This document shows positions 29,255 through 38,173 of a stretch of DNA of 64,000 nucleotides, piece by piece. The stretch is from NCBI GenBank assembly GCA_965116685.1, contig OZ220707.1, positions 1,811,655-1,875,654 on the forward strand, given 5' to 3'. Position 1 is the stretch's first letter, and every line of letters starts with the position of its first letter. A program made the position numbers and the translations under genes. The DNA comes from Rhodothermales bacterium (GTDB lineage Bacteria; Bacteroidota; Rhodothermia; Rhodothermales; Bin80). Below the pieces are notes generated by a model. The model was given only the letters and a program-made list of their open reading frames with translations. It did no database searches and had not been told where the DNA came from.

Positions 29255-29474
29255 CCGCCCATCGCAGAGACCTACCGGCAAAGCGCCTTCTTCCGCGCAA
29301 AGCGGGAAGGGATCTACGGCGGCACCTGTCCGAGTTGCGGTGGCAAAGATCACGGGCCCGGCAACCCCACGGACCGATTCTGGATCTGGCACCGAGACGG
29401 CGACCGACCGCAGGACGTCTATGGCTACCGGAAATGCTCCCCGGGAAATCGGGAGCATGAAGCCATCCTGAAGG
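29255..29474 (+). pseudogene. Primase-type zinc-ribbon segment in frame 2 without its own start codon
   Basis: IAETYRQSAFFRAKREGIYGGTCPSCGGKDHGPGNPTDRFWIWHRDGDRPQDVYGYRKCSPGN resembles C-P-x-C-G-G-K-D...DRF...C zinc ribbons of primase-helicases. There is no ATG/GTG/TTG in this frame after the stop at 29252. It is probably joined to the HTH array by a 1-nt indel in a C-run. Confidence 0.45.
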
Positions 29475-29923
29475 CCCTGGGGCTGTGGGATCATTCCGCC
29501 GCGCGCGGATTTCGGAGGCGGCGCCCCCCAAGCAGGACCGAAGCAACCTGGTCAAGCGCCACACGGAACAGGAAGCAGCACTGGAATGCAACCACCAGAA
29601 AGAAGCCGATCCAATACCCGCACCTGCAGAGCAGCCTGCCGCGGAGCCACCGCCCTCACGCGTGTTACCTCATATCTGAACTTCCCCCCGATCCGGCGTC
29701 AATGGGGTGGCAGATCGAGTTTTGTTATATAACTGGCCATTTTGTCCGGGGATGGACATCCTCCCATTCTGTGAACAGATCTCCGTGATCGGGGCCGGGT
29801 TTTGGGGCCAAAGGACGGGTTGGATCCTCCAAAGGACAAAAAGATGAATGGCCATTTTTCGTTTAGGTGTGGGAACCAGGGGGCCAGTGAGACCATAGAT
29901 CGTGCTACCCTTCAACGAACCCA

Positions 29924-31585
29924 TTACCTCAATCGACCAAGCCAGGCTTTTAGCTCTGGACGACCTCTTCGATTTGCAAGGATCAGATAGGTCGCGGCAA
30001 AAAGGGCTGTGACGGTGATCCCACTCCATATTGGACTCCAATTTTGAGTGAAAGACCAAAAAGCAAAAGAGGGAATTAGTGCAATCATCACAATCAGTTT
30101 CATTTCCCCTATCGCTCGCCAGGGGATAAATGCCGTCCCTAATCGGCACTTCAATGCCCGCCCAAGAAATAACCATTCAACCCACGCCGCGACAGCACTA
30201 CCCGCTGCCAGCCCAACCGCACCAAAGTACAGCGTTGATGAGCCCGCCCCTGTGACCTGCGACACCGGTAACTGATCAAGTGCAAACATTGCAGGGATTG
30301 CCACCACCAATGCAATGATGGCGCGGGCCAGCGCCATGCGTGCCGGCGTGCGTGTATCACCGAGAGCCCAGAATCCGTTCTGTAACAAGCGGCTGCTGAT
30401 TGTAGCCAAAAGCCCAAGACTGTATGTGGCCAGAATGAAATAGGTGAGCCAATTATCATCAATTCCGAACAAGCCTCCGCGATAAATCGCTCCAATGATT
30501 ACATAGCCCAATGCCATGTACCCCAGAGCTGTGGGAACAGCCAGAAACAGACCCTGCCGGAGTCCTGCACGAATCCGCTCCGCCATACGGGGAAGGCTGC
30601 CGGTTCCAATTCGCGTGAGCTCCGGTAACTCGGCCGCTGCAACCGATAGACCAAAAAGTGAAATCGGAAGGATATAGAGGACCTGTGCATACCCGATACT
30701 CGCGACAGCCCCCTCAACCAAAAGCGTTGCGAGCAGGATATCCACATATGCTGAGAGCTGAGCAACGCCTCGACCCGCCAATGCGGGCCCCACGGCGGCG
30801 AATGCTTGACGCACACCGTCCACATGGGTAGAGAGACTCAGACGGAACCCTTTCATCACCATCGCAACCGACGGCAACTGAACCAGAAACTGCATCAAGC
30901 CGCCAATCCCTCCGCCAATAAAAACCGCAGTCAGGAGTCGGGTGAGGGTCTCTGGTAATATAGAATCTCCATTCTCTCCCGGAGTAAACCCAATCTGGCT
31001 TCCAACGCCCAGGAGCGCACCGATAATGGTCACATTCCATAATATCGGTGCAAAGTAGGGCATGAGAAATCGCCGGTGACTATTCAGGACTCCCAGCGCC
31101 CAGGAGGACAGGACCAGGATACCTGCCATTGGAAACGCAAGCCGAACCATGTCAACCGCCAGAAGAAGCCGGTCCACCTCCCGCAATCCGGCGGCCACCT
31201 CTGCGGCATCTCCAACAAACCCTCGCATGAGTATGGAACAGATGGGATGGGCCAGCCAAATTCCCAAAAGCACACCCGCGCAGACCACTGCGGTCAGTAA
31301 ACCCAAAATGCTGCCAGCGAACCGCCCCGCAGCCTCCGGCCTTCCTTCCTCAATCATCTTGCTGTATACAGGGATAAACGCTGCCGACATCGTACCTTCG
31401 CCAAGCAGGTTCTGTAGAGCGTTCGGTGCCTGGAATGCGGCTCTCAACACATCCGCATGTGCTCCACTGCCAAAGTAGCGGGCCATGAGGCTCCATCGAA
31501 TCAAACCCAATACACGACTCGAAAGAATCCCCAGTGCCACAATAGACGCGCGGTTTCCCACCGGGGGTTTCACCTCATCCGTCAT
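29924..31585 (-). CDS. murJ: Lipid II flippase MurJ/MviN
   Basis: LGILSSRVLGLIRWSLMARYFGSG N-terminal signature, about 14 TM helices, MOP-superfamily pattern. ATG 31585 preferred over 31624 and 31681. Confidence 0.85.
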   Translation of the reverse strand: MTDEVKPPVGNRASIVALGILSSRVLGLIRWSLMARYFGSGAHADVLRAAFQAPNALQNLLGEGTMSAAFIPVYSKMIEEGRPEAAGRFAGSILGLLTAVVCAGVLLGIWLAHPICSILMRGFVGDAAEVAAGLREVDRLLLAVDMVRLAFPMAGILVLSSWALGVLNSHRRFLMPYFAPILWNVTIIGALLGVGSQIGFTPGENGDSILPETLTRLLTAVFIGGGIGGLMQFLVQLPSVAMVMKGFRLSLSTHVDGVRQAFAAVGPALAGRGVAQLSAYVDILLATLLVEGAVASIGYAQVLYILPISLFGLSVAAAELPELTRIGTGSLPRMAERIRAGLRQGLFLAVPTALGYMALGYVIIGAIYRGGLFGIDDNWLTYFILATYSLGLLATISSRLLQNGFWALGDTRTPARMALARAIIALVVAIPAMFALDQLPVSQVTGAGSSTLYFGAVGLAAGSAVAAWVEWLFLGRALKCRLGTAFIPWRAIGEMKLIVMIALIPSFAFWSFTQNWSPIWSGITVTALFAATYLILANRRGRPELKAWLGRLR

Positions 31586-31638
31586 CTTGCCCCTGTGTTT
31601 GTGAACCAGTCGTATCTTGCCCATATTCCGCCAAATCC

Positions 31639-32220
31639 ATGATCGAATACATTGAAGGGATCCTGAGCAGTAAAGGGCCAACCCATGCAGTCATTGATGT
31701 GCAGGGAATTGGATACCGCATTTTCATTCCGATGTCTACCTCTGATAAACTGCCTGATACCGGTAAAAAGGTACGTCTGCTTACACATCATTATACCCGG
31801 GAAGACCGGGAGCAGTTATTTGGGTTCGTTTCTTCCGGTGAACGGGCAATCTTTGAATTGTTTATTGGTGTCTCTGGAATCGGTCCAAAGATCGCCATTG
31901 CAGCTCTTTCAACTCTGACTCCAGAGGAACTGGTAAAATACATTACCCTGAGACAGCCGGCCATGCTGCAACGCATCAACGGGGTCGGTCGCAAAACTGC
32001 TGAGCGTCTGGTGGTAGATCTGTTTGATCGCATCCGTGAACTGGATCTTGCACAGGTAGACGTCTCCGGGGCAACCAGTGCCCGGGCGGATGCACTCGCC
32101 GCTCTGGAAACCCTTGGGCTTTCCCGTGCGAAGGCCGAACAACTGCTACGTAAAGTCATGCGGTCTCACCCTGAAGTCAATACAGCTGAAGAGTTTTTGC
32201 AACTAGCTCTTGGCCAATAG
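31639..32220 (+). CDS. ruvA: Holliday junction branch-migration protein RuvA
   Basis: MIEYIEGIL...VIDVQGIGYRIFIP OB-fold start, and HhH motifs GVSGIGPKIAIAAL and INGVGRKTAERL. Confidence 0.9.
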   Translation: MIEYIEGILSSKGPTHAVIDVQGIGYRIFIPMSTSDKLPDTGKKVRLLTHHYTREDREQLFGFVSSGERAIFELFIGVSGIGPKIAIAALSTLTPEELVKYITLRQPAMLQRINGVGRKTAERLVVDLFDRIRELDLAQVDVSGATSARADALAALETLGLSRAKAEQLLRKVMRSHPEVNTAEEFLQLALGQ

Positions 32221-32260
32221 TTACCTTAATTTGTGATTTGAACCATCCTTTATTACTCCG

Positions 32261-33298
32261 ATGAAAAAACCCTCTATGACCCGACGAGATTTCATCCGAA
32301 ACAGCGCCGCCGCCAGCGCGGCAACTGTCCTTCGACCAAAAATACACTCCGCCACCGGTCCTGTTGCAATTGCCAGCCGTAACGGCCTCGGTGCAGTGGC
32401 CCGTACGGTTGAAGAGATAAATGCGGGAGCCGATGCACTGGATGCAGTGATCGCAGGCGTCAACTTGGTGGAGGAAGACCCGAATGACAGAACCGTAGGA
32501 TATGGTGGTCTTCCAAATGCAAATGGCGTCGTTGAATTAGATTCTGCGGTCATGCATGGCCCGACGGGCAGAGCGGGAGCGGTGGCTTCCCTCCAAGGGA
32601 TTAAATATCCGTCCAAGGTCGCAAAACTTGTGCTTGAACGTACCGATCATGTGCTACTGGTCGCAAAGGGAGCACAAGACTTTGCCCGAATGCATGGCTT
32701 CTCGATTGAGAACCTGCTCACACAGGAAGCCCGTGAAATTTGGGTTCGCTGGCGGGAAACCCTCTCCAATCAGGATGACTATTTGCCTCCCCATGGGCCA
32801 GACGACGTAGATCTGGGAGAAGCCATGCAACGCAGCTATGAGCACTGGGGAACCATCCATTGCTCGGCAATGGATTTACAGGGAAATATCAGCAGTGTCA
32901 CAACAACAAGTGGTTTGGCTTTCAAAATTCCTGGTCGTGTAGGGGACTCTCCCATCATCGGAGCTGGTCTTTACTGTGACAATGAGGTCGGAGCGGCCGG
33001 GTCAACTGGACGCGGAGAAGCCAACCTGGAGAATTGCTGCAGCTTTCTGATCGTAGAACGCATGCGCATGGGGGACAGCCCGGAAGATGCATGTTTGTAT
33101 GCATGCGAGCGCATCGCACAAAATACACATCTGGCTCGACTGCAAAATCAGGCGGGAGAACCCGCTTTTAATGTGTCGTTCTATGCACTCAACAAAGCCG
33201 GTGAAGTTGCCGGTGCTCGCATCCGGGGCGCCGCGCAAATGGCCGTTGCCGATAATAATGGAGCCAGACATATTGAGATGGCATACCTCTATGCCTAA
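32261..33298 (+). CDS. Ntn-hydrolase of the asparaginase-2 family (glycosylasparaginase / isoaspartyl peptidase-like), Tat signal
   Basis: Tat motif MTRRDFIRNSAAASAA, GTIHCSAMD autoprocessing-site region, and GRVGDSPIIGAGLY and GSTGRGE motifs. Confidence 0.75.
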   Translation: MKKPSMTRRDFIRNSAAASAATVLRPKIHSATGPVAIASRNGLGAVARTVEEINAGADALDAVIAGVNLVEEDPNDRTVGYGGLPNANGVVELDSAVMHGPTGRAGAVASLQGIKYPSKVAKLVLERTDHVLLVAKGAQDFARMHGFSIENLLTQEAREIWVRWRETLSNQDDYLPPHGPDDVDLGEAMQRSYEHWGTIHCSAMDLQGNISSVTTTSGLAFKIPGRVGDSPIIGAGLYCDNEVGAAGSTGRGEANLENCCSFLIVERMRMGDSPEDACLYACERIAQNTHLARLQNQAGEPAFNVSFYALNKAGEVAGARIRGAAQMAVADNNGARHIEMAYLYA

Positions 33299-33308
33299 GG
33301 CTTGAGCC

Positions 33309-34268
33309 ATGCCTCTCTTTTTGGATCTGCCGAGGCTGCCCTTGCCGGCATCGAATGTGGAAATATTCCACCGAAGTGCCCCGGTCGTGTTGGAAATTGG
33401 ATTCGGCGATGGCAGCTTTCTGGAGTGGGTTGCCAAAACGCACCCGGATTGGAACTGTCTCGGAGCAGATGTCGCACGCGGATCCGTTGCACGTGCACTC
33501 AAGCGCCTGCGTAGCGCGAATGTGTCCAACGTTCGGCTGCATCATGGGAGTGGTTTGTTTCTTTTGCGCAATGTTCTATCCAACGAGAGCGTTTCTCGGG
33601 TCTATGTGAATTTTCCCGACCCCTGGCGAAAGAAACGACATGCCGGGAAACGACTGTTTCAGCATTCGTTTTTCGAACTGCTTGCGGCCCGTCTCACCAC
33701 GGACGGCTCATTGCTCCTTACTACAGATGATGCGCCCTACTTCGAACAAACCATCTCAATAGCCCTTAAATCAGGTTACTACAAGGTAACCGAACATCCA
33801 CCGCCCCCTGCAGCCCTTCAAACAAAGTATGCATCCAAATGGCGCGAAGCTGGCCGCAGATTTTACCATGTACATATACAGAAACAGGTCCGGCACACGC
33901 CAGAAATTCCTCCTGAAATTCACAAAGAAACCGGCATGCATCACGCACTCCTGAATGGATCAATTCCAGAAATCACTGAATTTGAGAAGGTGATTCACCA
34001 TTTTCCCCAGGGCCATGTTGTCATCCTGGATGTGTTGCAGATGATTGGCCAGAAAGGGCTGGTTTTTGTCGCACGCTCACACGAGCCGGAATTGGTACAG
34101 GATCTGTTTATTCAACTTCGCCCCGCAGAGAACGCGGATGTTGATCTGCTCTTGAGTGTGACAACTTTTGGCAACCCCATCGCAACACGCGGAACCAGCG
34201 AGGCGGTGAAAGCTGTCAGCCGCTGGTTGACGCGGCAAACCCTAACGCTCCGTGGCACCTACTATTAA
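33309..34268 (+). CDS. trmB: tRNA (guanine-N7)-methyltransferase with about 120-aa C-terminal extension
   Basis: VLEIGFGDGSFL SAM motif and VNFPDPWRKKRHAGKRL signature. The protein is 319 aa, against roughly 210-240 aa for typical TrmB as I recall. Confidence 0.8.
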   Translation: MPLFLDLPRLPLPASNVEIFHRSAPVVLEIGFGDGSFLEWVAKTHPDWNCLGADVARGSVARALKRLRSANVSNVRLHHGSGLFLLRNVLSNESVSRVYVNFPDPWRKKRHAGKRLFQHSFFELLAARLTTDGSLLLTTDDAPYFEQTISIALKSGYYKVTEHPPPPAALQTKYASKWREAGRRFYHVHIQKQVRHTPEIPPEIHKETGMHHALLNGSIPEITEFEKVIHHFPQGHVVILDVLQMIGQKGLVFVARSHEPELVQDLFIQLRPAENADVDLLLSVTTFGNPIATRGTSEAVKAVSRWLTRQTLTLRGTYY

Positions 34269-34298
34269 TGGGGCCCATCTATTTTCAGGTCAACTCTC

Positions 34299-34961
34299 AT
34301 GTCCCGATCTACCCTCGCACTCACCGATGAACTACGCGAATATATCCTGGATGTATCCCTGCGCGAGCACCCTCTTTTGGCGGCGCTGCGGGAAGAAACA
34401 GCACAGCATCCAAAGGCCAAGATGCAGATTTCTCCCGATCAGGGACAGTTTATGGCAACCCTGTTACGTCTAATCCAAGCACGATCCGTCTTGGAAATTG
34501 GCACCTTCACTGGATACTCCACCCTGGCAATGATGCTGGCACTCCCCTCAGATGGACATATCGTTGCCTGTGATATCAGTGAAGACTATACCAAGGTGGC
34601 ACGCAAGTACTGGTCTGAGGCCGCGGTTGCTGATCGAATTACACTGCGTATAGCTCCTGCATCACAGACCCTGGACGAGCTTCTTGCAAGCGGGAAAGTA
34701 AATACGTTTGATGCCGCCTTCATTGATGCGGATAAAGAAAGTTATGATGTGTATTTCGAGAGGTCCCTGGCTCTGGTTCGACCTGGTGGACTGATCATGA
34801 TTGACAATGTCCTGCGTGGAGGAGATGCTGCCAATCCCGCAACAGAGAGCACAGCCACACAATCCATTCAGGCTCTAAACAAAAAACTCCATCAGGATTC
34901 CCGTGTGCATCTGACCCTGGTACCCATTGGAGACGGAGTGACCTTACTTCAAAAAGTTTGA
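34299..34961 (+). CDS. Class I SAM-dependent O-methyltransferase (caffeoyl-CoA OMT-like)
   Basis: VLEIGTFTGYSTLAMM SAM-binding motif, FIDADKESY, and LIMIDNVLRGG metal/substrate motifs. Confidence 0.8.
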   Translation: MSRSTLALTDELREYILDVSLREHPLLAALREETAQHPKAKMQISPDQGQFMATLLRLIQARSVLEIGTFTGYSTLAMMLALPSDGHIVACDISEDYTKVARKYWSEAAVADRITLRIAPASQTLDELLASGKVNTFDAAFIDADKESYDVYFERSLALVRPGGLIMIDNVLRGGDAANPATESTATQSIQALNKKLHQDSRVHLTLVPIGDGVTLLQKV

Positions 34962-35029
34962 CCCTGCCCTCGCCCCCATCAAGCTGGCATAGTCCGAATA
35001 CGGTCGGGGGAATCCTTCGTGCCTCTATT

Positions 35030-35848
35030 CTATGCTTCTGCCCGGTTCCTCAGCCAGTTTACTGTCAAAAGCAAGAGGACCGCAAATACGATCAAAAACG
35101 TTGCAACGGCTAAAATCGCTGGACTGATCTGCTCTCTGATTCCCGCCCACATCTGACGCGGAATCGTACGCTGCTCGGTACCTGCCATAAATAGCACCAC
35201 GATCACTTCGTCAAACGATATAGCAAAGGCAAAGAGGGCACCGGACATCACTCCGGGGGCGATCAGTGGGAATTGCACACGCCGGAACGCAGTCCATGGA
35301 CCCGCTCCTAGGCTTGCTGCCGCATTGTTGAGAGTAGGATCGTAAGCGGCCAAGGTAGCCGTCACCGTGACGACGACAAATGGAACCCCCAATGTGGTGT
35401 GAGCCAGGATGATACTGAGATAGGTCTGCCCGAGTCCAAGACCCGAATAGAAGAAAAACATGCCAGCAGCTGCAATGATCACGGGAATCACCATTGGCGA
35501 AATAATTACTCCCATGATCACCCGTCGCGCAGGCATGTTCGGGTTTGCAAGTCCGAGTGCCGCCAGCGTGCCAAGTACGGTCGCCAGCAGCGTCGCACTG
35601 GTTCCGATGATGATACTGTTTACCAGACTGTTCCTCCATACCTCATTCTGGGCGATCTCGCGATACCATCGGAATGACCACGCATCCGGGTCCAACCTCA
35701 ACATCGCCTCGGAGAAGGTAAAGTATGGCTCGGCATTGAAGCTGAGCGGGACGATCACGATGATCGGAGCAACCAAAAACACGAACACAAGCGTGCAAAA
35801 CCCTAAATAGGCGATTCGTCCCAGTCCCGGCCGTGTGATGCCCATCAT
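35030..35848 (-). CDS. ABC transporter permease (PotC-like)
   Basis: Six TM helices and an EAA-type loop AASLGAGPWTAFRRVQFPLIAP. Confidence 0.85.
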   Translation of the reverse strand: MMGITRPGLGRIAYLGFCTLVFVFLVAPIIVIVPLSFNAEPYFTFSEAMLRLDPDAWSFRWYREIAQNEVWRNSLVNSIIIGTSATLLATVLGTLAALGLANPNMPARRVIMGVIISPMVIPVIIAAAGMFFFYSGLGLGQTYLSIILAHTTLGVPFVVVTVTATLAAYDPTLNNAAASLGAGPWTAFRRVQFPLIAPGVMSGALFAFAISFDEVIVVLFMAGTEQRTIPRQMWAGIREQISPAILAVATFLIVFAVLLLLTVNWLRNRAEA

Positions 35849-37065
35849 TATCCCAACCCCATTTTTTCAACCCCTACCAACCGCTCATACAGGACATACA
35901 GGATCATGACACCCACCAATAGCACTCCTCCCAGTGCAGCAGCAAGGCCCCAGTTCAGTGAGGTCTGCATATGATAAGCGATCATGTTGGAGATGAGCTG
36001 CCCCTCGCTGCCTCCGACCAGTGCAGGGGTAATGTAAAAGCCGATAGCTAGGATGAAGACCAGAAGTCCTCCAGCTCCCACTCCGGGAAGCGATTGTGGC
36101 CAGTAGACCCGCAGAAAGGCCTGCAAGGGAGTGGCGCCTAGCGAGGCCGCGGCACGCATGTAGGTCGGGGGAATCCCGCGCATAACCGAATACAGCGGCA
36201 AAACCATGAATGGAAGTAGCACATGTGTCATGGCCACAATGGTTCCGGTCATGTTGTAAACCATCGCCACTCTCCCCGCCTCGCTGATTAATCCCACAGC
36301 GACCATAAGATCATTCAAGACCCCCTGTGTCTGTAACAGGACGATCCACGAAGTTGTGCGCACCAAAAGCGATGTCCAGAATGGGACCAGTACCAAAATC
36401 AGCAGCCAATTTGCCCGGCCTGTCGGCGAACGGGCAATCAGATGTGCAATCGGGTACCCAAGAATCAGACAGAGCAGTGTAATCATGCTGCTCACCAACA
36501 GCGTCCGCCAGAACAATTTTAGATAGATACGCCGCTCCACGGGTTGCGGCGCCAGGGAGCCATCAGGCAGACGCTGCAGGTCCAGGGCATTCTCATAGTG
36601 GCGCATGGTGAATCGCTCGCCCGTAATTTGGATGGCATACCAGGTCTCTGGATCAGCCCAGATCGTATCAATTGCCATCATGGACTCACGCCATGACCCC
36701 TGCTCCGTGCTGCGTAACTCCCGGGCGGTTCGGGTGAGCACGCTTCGTAGCCCACTTTGCACCCGGTTGACCCTGCCAGCTACCTGACCAAGGGTTCGCT
36801 CCGCTTCCGCACGCTTGATTTCCTCTGCCGCAACAGAAAATACTGCTTCTGACGGGAGTGTGCTTCCGTCCCAATCATCAAGTAGCTCCAGCGTTTCAGG
36901 TAAGACATCGGCCACCACAGGATCGTAAACGCTCCGCGTCAGCATCGTCCCCAAAGGAGCAAGGAAGGTTACTCCGATATAGATCACAAGCGGGGCTACA
37001 AGACCAAGCGCCCGTAACTGCGCCCGGCGATTGGGACCAACAGAAAATCTTAACGAGCCAGCCAT
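35848..37065 (-). CDS. ABC transporter permease (PotB-like, with extended periplasmic loop)
   Basis: EAA loop AASLGATPLQAFLRVYWPQSLPG. Abuts the downstream permease; the ATG at 35848 shares 1 nt with its stop. Confidence 0.85.
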   Translation of the reverse strand: MAGSLRFSVGPNRRAQLRALGLVAPLVIYIGVTFLAPLGTMLTRSVYDPVVADVLPETLELLDDWDGSTLPSEAVFSVAAEEIKRAEAERTLGQVAGRVNRVQSGLRSVLTRTARELRSTEQGSWRESMMAIDTIWADPETWYAIQITGERFTMRHYENALDLQRLPDGSLAPQPVERRIYLKLFWRTLLVSSMITLLCLILGYPIAHLIARSPTGRANWLLILVLVPFWTSLLVRTTSWIVLLQTQGVLNDLMVAVGLISEAGRVAMVYNMTGTIVAMTHVLLPFMVLPLYSVMRGIPPTYMRAAASLGATPLQAFLRVYWPQSLPGVGAGGLLVFILAIGFYITPALVGGSEGQLISNMIAYHMQTSLNWGLAAALGGVLLVGVMILYVLYERLVGVEKMGLG

Positions 37066-38141
37066 GCACTAAACCGCTCGTTCATTTCGTCTTGATGGTC
37101 CGCCCACCATGCCCAATCAAAGCGTAAGGCATGCACCACGTTGGCATCGCTACCCGGCAGGTGTGGCTTCATATCCACACCCTTCTCTATATGAGTGGTC
37201 ACCAGTGGCATGCCTGATTTGCGGACGGGCGAATAGGAAATTCGGCTGCCGATTTGAGCCATTGATTCCGCGCTGGTCACAAAGTCAAGGTATTCCATCG
37301 CCTCTTCAAGCCGCGGAGTACCCGCGACGACCACGAATTGGCCCACTGCAAGGAGTTGTCCATCCCATACAATCACAAACGGCTGATCTTCCAGTACCTG
37401 CGCGTTAAAGATGCGGCCGTTGTATGCGGTGGACATGACCGCTTCCCCATCAGCCAACATCTGCGGCGGCTGGGCCCCCGCTTCCCACCAGATCACTTCG
37501 TCCTTGATCGTTTCGAGTTTCGCGAAAGCACGATCAATCCCCTCAGGTGTGTCCAATGTCGCGTACACCTGATCCCGTGGCACCCCGTCGGCCATCAATG
37601 CAAACTCCATGTTAACTTGCGGAACGCGCCTCATTCCCCGGCGGCCGGGGAAGGTTTCCAAATCAAAAAAATCAGCGACCGTACTGGGCTTGGTGCCGGG
37701 AATGTTTTCTTCGTTATAAGCATACACGGTCGAAAAAAAGACGCTTCCTACTCCACAGTCGGTAATGACCCCTTCCAGAAAATCCTCTGCGGCCGGTGTC
37801 CCGTCAGGACCGGGAGACAGTGAGGTGACCTCTACCGGCTCGAGAAGCCCCTCATCACATCCTCGCACGGCTTCGGCCATTTCCAGGTCCACTACATCCC
37901 AGTGAATCTCACCGATCTCCACTTGTGCGCGGATTTGAGCGAGGCCTCCATTATAATCTTCGACCTTGATATTGATGCCGGTTTCTTCCGTGAAGGGAAT
38001 GTTTACCCCCTCATTGACCGCGCGTCCATAGGACCCTCCCCAGGATACGGCCGTAATGGAGCGTGACGAATCTGTTTGACATGCAGCAACAGACAGTACA
38101 AACAAAACGGCGAAAAAACATGGGCTAATGCGATCATTCAT
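37050..38141 (-). CDS. ABC transporter periplasmic substrate-binding lipoprotein (PotD/PotF-like)
   Basis: Lipobox FVLSVAAC, SWGGSYG start and family-1 solute-binding pattern. Substrate not assignable from sequence. Confidence 0.75.
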   Translation of the reverse strand: MNDRISPCFFAVLFVLSVAACQTDSSRSITAVSWGGSYGRAVNEGVNIPFTEETGINIKVEDYNGGLAQIRAQVEIGEIHWDVVDLEMAEAVRGCDEGLLEPVEVTSLSPGPDGTPAAEDFLEGVITDCGVGSVFFSTVYAYNEENIPGTKPSTVADFFDLETFPGRRGMRRVPQVNMEFALMADGVPRDQVYATLDTPEGIDRAFAKLETIKDEVIWWEAGAQPPQMLADGEAVMSTAYNGRIFNAQVLEDQPFVIVWDGQLLAVGQFVVVAGTPRLEEAMEYLDFVTSAESMAQIGSRISYSPVRKSGMPLVTTHIEKGVDMKPHLPGSDANVVHALRFDWAWWADHQDEMNERFSAWLAR

Positions 38142-38173
38142 GGCAAATTTCTTTTAGATCCAAATTATTGGAT

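Noticed and set aside
27919-29591. Minus-strand ORFs of 350, 279, 171 and 128 aa across the HTH-array region
   Set aside because: They are antisense shadows of a GC-rich repetitive gene. Their peptides (FGSGLFLCHAGFQVFDDRLVALP repeated) are the mirror of the plus-strand HTH repeat. They have no start context or motifs.
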